DNA of 64,000 nt. Origin: Malacoraja senta. Taxonomy: Eukaryota. Location of the stretch: positions 62,001-126,000 of the forward strand of contig JAXLNO010001541.1 of the NCBI GenBank assembly GCA_038087875.1, written 5' to 3'. Below the pieces are notes generated by a model, which did not search any database, was not told where the DNA came from, and saw only the letters and a program-made list of their open reading frames with translations. The translations under genes were made by a program, and so were the position numbers. Shown here one piece after another: positions 22,366 to 31,590 of the stretch (position 1 is the first letter of the stretch; each line of letters starts with the position of its first letter).

Positions 22366-23561
22366 CTGCAACATATAAAATATCTGTTATAACATGATTC
22401 CTTCAGCCACAGTGTAGGATTCCACTCTCCCAGCATCTGGGACAAGTGCCCCAGTACCAGCCCTCCCCACAATGCAGGTGATATGCCGGTGATGTGTTGA
22501 TACGGTGGGTCCCACAGTGAGGTGCTGGTCAGAGCTGTGATTGGGAGGCTGGGTTAGAACACAGGCCTCCCCAGCAGTGTGGGCCACTCTGCAGTGGTAA
22601 GGGTGGAGGTGAGTAAGTGGCGTACAGACCATCTGTGATCTCAGTGTGTGCTGGAGCAGACAGAGGAATAGATGAGACAACTGTTTCTACTGGCAGGAGG
22701 TTTGGGAATCACAACTTTAAGTTGTCTTCACCTCTACTTTGTCTGTAACTCGTTTTCACCTAGCCCACAGCTATCAATGGCCTGTTTCCTTTATCAGCAT
22801 TACTTTTTTGCATATCTTTCATTCATTAGTTCTATATCTCTCTATATCACCGTATATATCTCTCTTTTCCCTTTCACTGACTCTCAGTCTGAAGAAGGGT
22901 CTCATCCCAAAACGTCACCAACTCCTTTTCTCCAGAGATGCTGTCTGACCCGCTGAGTTACTCCAGCTGTCTATCTTCACTTGAAACCAGCATCTGCAGT
23001 TCCTTCTGACACAACTTTAAGTTTAATGGGAAAGGAGGTCAGATGGATGAGAAACTTATTTTGTTATGACAGCAATGATTTGATCAGAACTGGAAGGCAG
23101 TGGTTAAAAGTGAGAGTGGAAGCAGATTCATGTCATTTCCACAAGGAGACTGGATTTCACTTGGTGAGGGGTCGGCTGCAGGGTTGAGGGGAAAGTGCAG
23201 GAAGAGTGAGGAAGGTTTAAATCTCCACACTGTGCACAATAGGTGTGGCTCTGTGCACAGCAGCTGATCTGCAGGGAGGTGTTTGGGGTGGGAGAGAGCT
23301 GCAGGAATTAGACAAAGCAGTGGATAGAATGGAGGCAGATCAAGATGAGATGCTTCCTCCGTGAATCACCCCCCTCCCCCACCAACCATTATCTCCTTCC
23401 ACATAAATTCTCACTGACTTTTTCCTTGTGCAGCACTCTAGCTGATAGGAGGAGAATGAATGAGCAAAATAAGTAATTCGCTTCCTCCTACATTGTTCGG
23501 CAAAGGCTTCCACTTCAGTTCAATTATCAGCTTTAAATGGACAACAAAATCTCACACTAAC

Positions 23562-23870
23562 CTTGAGGCTTCTGGATCTCCGTTCTCACCATGTTGTCCT
23601 GCTTGAATCCTGCCTTGCAGTAGTAGACGTTATTCCTGTTCCAATCTGCCACAGGGACTCGCAGCAAGCTGCTCATTGTGTACTTGTTGTTTTGTCCCAA
23701 CACTGGTGGGTACTTAGTGATTCCAGTGGTGATGTCCCCACTGCTGGTGGACCATGTCTGAGTGATGATCTCAGGCTGGTAGTCCTTGACCAGACAGAGG
23801 AGGCTGACCTCTTGGCCAGATTCTGTGTTGCAGGAAGATGTGATGTGGACTGAAGGCAAGGTCTTAATAT
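23562..23870 (-). CDS. IgW CH1 exon
   Basis: 309 nt, acceptor catttcag|AT, donor CAAG|GTTAG; DIKTLPSVHITSSC...LLCLVKDYQP...W...SSLLRV...W...YYC, C1-set domain with an extra N-terminal Cys (expected H-L bond). Confidence 0.95.
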
Positions 23871-24352
23871 CTGAAATGTAAATAAAGTAACAGTTGGTTC
23901 TGTAGTAAATGGATTATTACCAGCATGTGCAACAGGTTCATGCTGATTGCTCAGTAAATGCAGGTGATTCAGGCTGAGAGAAGGTCAGGCAGAGCAGAGA
24001 AATGGTTCCTTTCCCAATCCCTTTCACACCATGCATGACCAAGCAGTGAAATGCTGATCTCACACTGGCCACTGGGGAGGCAACTTCTACCAACCAGAGG
24101 GACAAACCGGCCTGTGCTGTGGGTGATGTGTCCCAGGTCAGGAAGCACATGGTACGGTGCCAGATGGACCATATCCACAACCACGGGGCCAAATGGTGCT
24201 GGATCTGGCCTGTTGTGGACCTTCCTCACGCTGGGCCCCAGGGAGTGTTGTACAACTAAGGGATCTTGGAGTACAGGTACACAGATCCCAGGAAGCGTTG
24301 TCACAGGTAAATAGGTAAAAAAAAGCTCTTCATGAGTCAGGGAATTGATAGA

Positions 24353-25253
24353 CAGTAATCCCTCATTTTAACGGACCCCTTTATAACAGATTTTGGATAT
24401 AGCGGACGGACCTGCTGATAGCACCCTTGCACGCATGGATCTTGACCGCTTAGAGCCCCGGCTTCCAACTCCACCCCTGACTCGCAAGTGAGCCCTTCTT
24501 CACCCACCACCATATGGTCCGTGATGCTGCTGTTGTTGCAGCTCACGGAGCCCCCGAGATGAGCGCTTTCTTCAAGCTGCTGTCCTCGACAGGACGTGCT
24601 TGGTCACCATGAGGCTCCCTCCCCTCCCACCTGCTGCTGCTTCAACCTGTCGGCTCTTCACTTTGTCCACTCCCTGCTCGACCGCCATCTGCCCCTCGTC
24701 CTCCCCTCGCTCTGTCCACTCAGCCTCTTCCCCCTCCCCCCTCCACCGCCATCTCCTCCTCCTTCTCCCTGGAGTCACCAACATACTGCACCTTGGAAGC
24801 AGCAGCTGGTGAGAGGAGAGGGTGCCCCATGGTGAGCGTGCACCCTGTCAGTGGCAGCGGCCTGAAGAAAGCACTGCCAGCCAGAGGCTACAATGTGAGC
24901 CACAACCACAGCCATGTCACCGGACCGTGCGGTGGATGAAGAAGGACTCGCTGGTGCAGAGCAGAGGCAATGGCGCCTGGTTTTAAGGTGAAACAACACA
25001 AAGTGTTTGAGTAACCCAGTAAACTGAATCAGTCTGAAGAAGAGTCCCCACCTCACCTATCGATATTCTCCAGAGATGCTCCCTGACCAGTTGAGTTACT
25101 CCAGCACTTTGTGTCTTTTTGTGTATTAACCAGCATCTGCATTATTTGTTTCAACTACATACATGGATAAAACCTTACTCGTTTAAAGCGGACATTCTGC
25201 AATAACGGATACTATCCCCCCACACCATGGTCCGTTAAAATGAGGGTTTACTG
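24353..25253. mobile_element. Tc1/pogo (Tigger-like) non-autonomous element carrying a SINE insertion
   Basis: 25-bp TIRs CAGTAATCCCTCATTTTAACGGACC / GGTCCGTTAAAATGAGGGTTTACTG (1 mismatch); TA TSD not preserved. Confidence 0.7.
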
Positions 25254-26193
25254 TTCAGATGTTGGATGTTGTACTAGAGTGTTACAAGAAATCGGTGAAG
25301 CTGAATTTGGAATACAATGTTGAGTTTTCATCAAGCTACTCTAGGAAAGGTATCATTAGGCTAGAAGAGTGCTGAGAAGATTTACAAGAATGTTGCCAGG
25401 ACGCAAGGGCCTGAGCTGGAGGGAAAAGTAGGGCAGGCTCGGACTTTACTCCTTTATACCTCTAGAAGGCAGAAGAGTGATCCTATAAAGGTGTATAAAA
25501 CCATGAGGGGAATAGATAGGGTGAATGCAGTCTTTTACACAGGATAGGGGAATCAAGATATAGGTGTAAGATGAGAGGAACAAGATTTAATGGGAATGTG
25601 TGGGGAACTTTCTCATACACAGGGTGGTGAGTACATGGAACAGGCTGCCAGAGGAAACAGTTGAGGCAGGTACGATAACAGCATTTAAAAGACACTTGGA
25701 CAGATACATGGATAGGAAAGGATTAGAGGATATGAGGTCACCATGGGCAAGTGGGACTAGCATACATGGGGCATCAGGCTGCCTTGCACGAGCTGAGCTG
25801 AAGGGCCTGTTTCCGTGCTGTATGACTATGTCTCTGAGTTATTAATGGGCTGGGAAATGCTTTGAGATGTCCTGGGGTTGTGGAAACCTTCAACAAAATA
25901 AAAACCCAGCAAATAGAAGTGGAAATAGCGTGGTTGTCAGAAACTGTACTGAAAGAGTTTGATGAAAGAGCACTGAAGTGAAAGGGTGATTCTGCTTCTC
26001 TCCCCACAGATGCTGACTGAGCTGCCGAGTGTTTCATGCAGAAGGCTCGATAATGTCAGGCGGAGGGATTTGCAGCTCACAGTGTTTTCCATCCCGGGAT
26101 CAGCAGGTGATGAGTGCAGTTTAATTTGGATCAATGTTCCTAATATGGTCAGGAGGTGGGTCAGGGACTGGAAAACACATCATACTGGCAACT

Positions 26194-26885
26194 GGGTGCT
26201 GGGTGGAGCAGCAGGGTGCTGTGGTGGAGCAGCAGGGTGCTGTGGTGGAGCAGCAGGGTGCTGTGGTGGAGCAGCAGGGTGCTGTGGTGGAGCAGCAGGG
26301 TGCTGTGGTGGAGCAGCAGGGTGCTGTGGTGGAGCAGCAGGGTGCTGTGGTGGAGCAGCAGGGTGCTGGGGTGGAGCAGCAGGGTGCTGGGGTGGAGCAG
26401 CAGGGTGCTGGGGTGGAGCAGCAGGGTGCTGGGGTGGAGCAGCAGGGTGCTGGGGTGGAGCAGCAGGGTGCTGGGGTGGAGCAGCAGGGTGCTGGGGTGG
26501 AGCAGCAGGGTGCTGGGGTGGAGCAGCAGGGTGCTGTGGTGGAGCAGCAGGGTGCTGTGGTGGAGCAGCAGGGTGCTGGGGTGGAGCAGCAGGGTGCTGG
26601 GGTGGAGCAGCAGGGTGCTGGGGTGGAGCAGCAGGGTGCTGTGGTGGAGCAGCAGGGTGCTGGGGTGGAGCAGCAGGGTGCTGGGGTGGAGCAGCAGGGT
26701 GCTGGGGTGGAGCAGCAGGGTGCTGGGGTGAGGAGCTGGGTGCTGGGGTGAGGAGCTGGGTGCTGGGGTGAGGAGCTCGGTGCTGGGGTGAGGAGCTGGG
26801 TGCTGGGGTGAGGAGCTGGGTGCTGGGGTGAGGAGCTGGGGTAAGGAGCAGGATGCTGGGAGGCACAGTAGTGTGCTGGGGTGAG
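26194..26885. repeat. G-rich minisatellite in the J-CH1 intron: ~25 x 21-mer GGGTGCTG(T/G)GGTGGAGCAGCA, then ~5.5 x 20-mer AGGAGCTGGGTGCTGGGGTG
   Basis: Directly visible; units counted from the (EQQGAVV/EQQGAGV)n translation and the raw sequence. Confidence 0.97.
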
Positions 26886-27844
26886 GAGGGGCAATAAACT
26901 GCCCGTCTGGGTTGCCATCCTGGGGGCATTTAGTGCCAATTGCATTGCTGGGTCAGAAATAGGCTCGACTGGGTAAGGACAATAGATCTCCTTCGCTGAG
27001 GGACAGCAGGGAAACTGAGAGGTCATCATTACTGTGGATTAGTGCACAAAATCCAGGTTATTAAAAATCTGACACAGGTCCAATCTGTCCCAGATTATGA
27101 ACAGAGTTTAAATTCCACAGTTGTTGCGGAATTAAACTGGGGTCTGATTGCAGCCTGATGCCTGTCCATTGGGTCACTGTATCTGTGGTGTCTGGGACAA
27201 CATTTCCCCCTCACCAGCAGTTTGCCGATTCTGCTGTGTGCAGAGTGGATCCACAGTCCCTCCTTTACAACACGGCTCTATTGTGAACATGCCTCACTGC
27301 CTGTGAAGCGCTTGGGGACACCATGAAAGATGCTCTGTGAATGACCACTGAGATTCACTGAGACACCAGCAGCCCTGGTTAATGGAGCAAAACACTTGTT
27401 GGACAAACCCAGTCGGCTGATGGAGGAGGGCAGGTAATTAGAGTTAATTCCTCCATCTGTGACCTGGGAAAAAGCAGTTCTTTTGTGCAGCAAAACTCAC
27501 GTCAAAAACACCAAACAACTTGACTCAGAATCTAAACTACGCACATCAGTGAATTCACAATGAAGAATAAAAGGTATTGACTTACTAAGGATCTCTAAAT
27601 GTTGAAATTCAATACAAGACGCAAAGAAAACCAGATGTACTAAAACCCACATCTAGAACCATGTACAACATTCTCTCATTATGTTCAAATCGTTCATTAT
27701 TGTGAACCTTTGTTTTTGAACCAGCATCAATTTGTTTTACAATCTAGAGAATGTTGTGTGTTCTGAAGCATTTACACAAGGATTGTTTGACAGAGCAATG
27801 TAGAGGGAGCTTGATTCTGTGTCAAACACTCTGTCCCTGCACTG

Positions 27845-28010
27845 GGAGTATGTAACAGTGTAGAGGGAACTTCACTCAGTGACTAACCTGTACCCTGGGT
27901 GTGTGTGGGGACAGTGTAGAGGGAACTTCACCCAGTGACTAACCTGTAATCTGGGTGTGTGTGGGGACAGGTTGGAGGGAGCCTCACTCCTTGTCTAACC
28001 TGTGCTGTCC
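27845..28010. repeat. Short degenerate tandem repeat (AGTGTAGAGGGAACTTCAC...CTAACCTGT) x ~3
   Basis: Directly visible. Confidence 0.7.
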
Positions 28011-28379
28011 CTTCCCTGGGAGCATTGGGACAGGACAGATGGAATTTTGTATCTAATCTGTAGCTGACAGCACAGTGACACGGGGAGATTTATTCTGCAT
28101 TTGACTCATGCTCTGTCTGCCCTGGATGTGTTTGATGGGATCGCTTTGTGGGAGCAGGTACTGGAGTCATAGAGTCATAGATTAATAGTATGGAAACAGG
28201 CAGATTAATCTCCAAAAAGACTGGAGGGTGGCTGATACTGAAGTGTAATTGAAGAAGGACATTAGGGCCAAGCCAGGGATCTACACCAGTGAGCCTAACA
28301 TCATTGATGGGAATGTCCTTAGGGACAGGAACTACCAGTATTTGGATAGGCATGGACTGATTAGGGATAGTCCTAAGTT

Positions 28380-29680
28380 TACAAGATCTAGATCACTTGG
28401 GAGGGTGGGCCAAGGATTAGGGACAGCATGGCTTGTGTTGGGGAAATTGTGCCTCATGAACCTGATAAGGTTCAACAAGGTCTGGCATGGTGGGCTGGCG
28501 TGGAAGGTTAGATCACATGAAACCCACATGAGCTAAATTAGCTTGGAGGAAGTGGACTGCTGCAGGGGTCAGTGCTGTGACCACTGTTGTTGGTTATCTA
28601 CATTAACAGTTTGCCATAAAATATAGTGGACATTGATAGTAAGTTTGCAGATTACACCAAAATCAGTGCATGAGTGGACAGTGAGAAGGATAAGTTTACA
28701 AGAAGATCTACATCAGTTGGGAAGGGGAGCCAAGGAATACCAAATGGAATTTAACTCTGACAAGTGAGGGGGGGGGGTTGAACTTTGGTGGATCAAACCA
28801 GGGCTGGACTTACACAGTAAATGGTAGAGCCTGGAGAGTGTTGTAGAACAGACAGATGGTGAAATGCAGGGGCATGGTTCGCTGAGAGTGGCGAGTTAGG
28901 TGGACAGGGAGCTGGGGTGGCTTTTGGCAGACAGCCTTCAATGGGAAGGGTACTGAGTATAAAAGTTGGGACATGATGATGCAGCTGTACAAGTCATTGG
29001 TGAGACCACACTTGGAGTTAGTACTGTGTGCAGTTCTGGTCACCAGCTACAGGAAGGATGTCATTATATTGGGAAGGACTTGGAAAAGATTCACCACAAG
29101 ATATTATACAATCAATACAATACAATCAGTTTTATTCGTCACCTGCACATAAAGTGCAAGTGAAATGAATTTGCCAGCAGCGGTACAATGAAAAAGAACA
29201 CACAAAACACAATAAAAATTTAACACAAACATCCACCACAGCATTCATCACTTTGGTGGAAGGCACAACATTTGGCCAGTCCTCCTCCACATGTCTGGAC
29301 ATGTGGGGTTCTGTTTTAGGGAGAGGGAGGATAAGGTGGGGGTTTCTTTCTATGGAACAAAGGACACTAGGCGGCAACCTTATTGAGGTGAACAAGATCA
29401 TGAGGGGCATGGATAAGGTGCACACTCACAGGCTTTTCCCCAGGATAGAGGTTTCTAAAACAAGAGGGCACAGGCGTAAGGTGCGTGGGGAGAGATTTAA
29501 AAGGGGACTTCAGGGGCATTTTTATTCACATTGGGTCGGCAGTATCTGGAATGAGTTGCCAGAGGGAACTATAAAAGCAGATAGAATTACGATTATCAAA
29601 TAAATCCGGTAAATGGATGAGAAGGATATGTGGCCAATGGGACGAGCCCAGAAAGCCGGCTTGGTCGGCATGCACAAGAT
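28380..29680 (+). mobile_element. Old degenerate CR1 fragment (others at ~13440-13900, 25260-25830, 33085-33300, 49590-50035)
   Basis: Recognisable RT C-terminal codons and CR1 3' UTR motifs, heavily mutated. Confidence 0.7.
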
Positions 29681-29919
29681 GGACTGAAGGCAAATGATGG
29701 CGAGACTCAGGGAAAGTACAGCCTGTGGGGCAGTTCAACGTGCTGGGAAATGTACTGTTGCTGGGTAGATTCTAACTCTGGAGAAACCCGCCTGTGTCCG
29801 GGAAATCCGTGCAATTGTTCCAAATATCTCACCGAGTTCAAGTCAATTACAGAATTCGCAAAGACCATAAATTAATAAAAACACAACTGGGTAAAATGGA
29901 ATTGAGGAATTGGTCTTAC

Positions 29920-29969
29920 CTGAAGTCACTGTCAGCGAGGTTCCTGCACCCCAGTCGTAATGCCAGGAT
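29920..29969 (-). CDS. JH segment, probably germline-joined D-J (SWHYDWGAGTSLTVTS)
   Basis: WGxG motif and TVTS end, phase-1 donor TCAG|GTAAGA; 50 nt between heptamer and donor. Confidence 0.92.
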
Positions 29970-29997
29970 CACGGTGATTCACCGTCGCTCACAAACT
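29970..29997 (-). other. RSS 5' of the J-like segment (12-bp spacer)
   Basis: Read on plus: CACGGTG (29970-29976), 12 nt, TCACAAACT (29989-29997; 6/9 match to ACAAAAACC, keeping C2 and the AAA core). No nonamer-like sequence at 22/23 spacing. Confidence 0.7.
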
Positions 29998-30322
29998 GTG
30001 CTACCACATCCAGCCCGAAATCCAACGGGCCAGAGTGGGCAGCGGCTTAATTAAAGCCCCATCCATCTGTGTCCGTGTCCCCCACACAACAGCGTCCAGT
30101 CTCGGCCATTGCAGCCCTGTAGTGGACATGAGAGAACCCACCGGGACTGTCACCGTGCCTCGACCCACAGCGGCTCCTCGCTGCTTGTGTTCCCACATCT
30201 CCAGTGGAACTTGTTCCCTGTGCCAGATGATACACTCGGGATCTGCTTTATATCCACGGGTCCCGGGGAAAGGCGGCGGCTGCAGCGCCCAGAGACGTGA
30301 TTTAAAGCGTTTAGTTGCGGCA

Positions 30323-30360
30323 GGTTTTTGTATGGAGGAAGTCCCATCTCTCACACTGTG
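30323..30360 (-). other. Recombination signal sequence 3' of V (22-bp spacer, 23-class)
   Basis: CACAGTG (30360-30354), 22 nt, ACAAAAACC (30331-30323); perfect consensus heptamer and nonamer. Confidence 0.96.
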
Positions 30361-30671
30361 CCACCCGTATAACGCACAGTAATAGGTGGCCGTGTCGCCC
30401 AGTGTCAGGCGGTTCATTTGGAGATAGACGTTGCCGCTGTCCTTGGAAATCTTGAATCGGCCGCTGAAGGCAGTCGCGTAATATGTGCTACTATCACTAC
30501 TACCCCACATTGTCCCCACCCACTCCAGCCCTTTCCCGGAGACCTGTTTCACCCAGCTCACGTAGTAGCTGCTGAGGCTTAACCCGCTGGGTATACAGGC
30601 CAGTTTGAGGGACTCTCCGGGCTTTGCCAGCGCGGTCGGGGTCTGATTCAGCACGACCGCATGTCGAACGC
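30361..30671 (-). CDS. IgW (IgX-type) VH exon, intact; probably with a germline-fused D at its 3' end
   Basis: Acceptor tttattggcag|GC; translates (G)VRHAVVLNQTPTALAKPGESLKLAC...VSWVKQVSGKGLEWV...RFKISKD...DTATYYCALYGW; both canonical Cys and the conserved Trp present, no stops. Confidence 0.96.
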
Positions 30672-30785
30672 CTGCCAATAAAAGAGAAACAAAGTTGAAT
30701 AAACAGTTGAAGAGGCAGAGGGTGAAAGAGTGTCCGAGAAGCAGCCCGGCCCCGAGTGGGGGTGACGCCGCGGGGGGACACCCAC

Positions 30786-30831
30786 CTGGCAGACAGGACA
30801 GAAGGAGACAGAGATAAGCAGCGACCCCCAT
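30786..30831 (-). CDS. IgW heavy-chain leader exon (MGVAAYLCLLLSCLP-G)
   Basis: 46-nt exon from ATG at 30831, hydrophobic signal peptide, phase-1 donor CAG|GTGGG; 114-nt intron follows. Confidence 0.93.
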
Positions 30832-30919
30832 CACTCTGAGCACTGACACACACTTGGACACTCGAGGAATGGGCGGCTTCAGCTCAGGCCGGCTTTGTCG
30901 GGAGCAGCAGTCAGCGCTG

Positions 30920-30927
30920 TTTAAATA
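30920..30927 (-). promoter_or_regulatory. TATA-like box of the VH promoter (TATTTAAA)
   Basis: About 90 nt upstream of the leader ATG on the minus strand; no ATGCAAAT octamer seen nearby. Confidence 0.55.
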
Positions 30928-31199
30928 GGCAAGTGAGCTGTGAGTGAGAGAGAGAGAGAGGGAGGGAGCCGCGGCTTGAACAGGTTCCCCACCCACTGAA
31001 ACCAGAGGCGCGGCTTCCTGTCCCTGCCCCCAGCACCCAGTTCAATTCCCCAAAAGATGTTTGTCTCCACAACAGGCGGCGGGTGGAGGGGCAATGATGA
31101 GATCCGGATTAAAGATTGATCCCACTCTGCTCCATCCACTCATTACAATGCTGAACACTTTGTGGAGCAAGAGGACCCTCAGATACCCCAGTGAGGGGC

Positions 31200-31590
31200 T
31201 GAGTTAAAAGTCGGTGTACAGATATCCCCCTGAGAGAGAGGGACACCTGTCAATGTAGATATCCCCTTGGGAGAGAGGGGCTAAGGTTCACTGGTCAGTG
31301 TACAGATATCCCCCTGAGAGAGAGGACTGAGAGACACTGGTCAGTGTACAGATATCCCCCTGAGAGAAACCGGTCAGTGTACAGATATCCCCCTGAGAGA
31401 GACCAGTCAGTGTACAGATACCCCCTTGGGAGAGAGGGGCAAAGGTTCACCGGTCAGTGTACAGATATCCCCCTGAGAGAGAGGACTGAGAGACACCGGT
31501 CAGTGTACAGATATCCTGGTGAGAGAGAGGGACAGCGAGACACCAGTTAGTGCAGATATCCATATCAATGAGAGGACTGAGAGAGTTTGA
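31200..31590. repeat. Irregular tandem repeat, core GGTCAGTGTACAGATATCCCCCTGAGAGAGA (more copies at ~32870-33085 and 33300-33470)
   Basis: About 8 visible copies with variable spacers, ~370 bp upstream of the leader ATG. Confidence 0.85.

Noticed and set aside
25986-27029. Long ORFs (261, 302, 205, 191 and 249 aa) with GGAAGCC/EQQGAVV/PPQHPAA repeats
   Set aside because: Translations of the stop-free 21-bp minisatellite, open in all frames; no gene context.
29690-29880. Intronic enhancer (GGGAAATCC kB-like motifs) just downstream of J
   Set aside because: Short motifs are expected by chance; no cluster of recognisable E-boxes or octamer to support it.
29994-30058. Alternative D: GGCTTTAAT-12-CACTCTG, 30 nt, CACAGTT
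   Set aside because: The 5' heptamer is poor and the 3' side has no convincing nonamer; it overlaps the better-supported J RSS.
30151-30172. Possible free D segment (CGCTGTG-GGTCGAGG-CACGGTG on minus)
   Set aside because: Heptamer-like on both sides but no nonamer-like sequence at 12 or 22/23 spacing on either side.
31200-31590. CRISPR-like repeat-spacer array
   Set aside because: Vertebrate DNA; the spacers are themselves repeat-derived and there are no cas genes.
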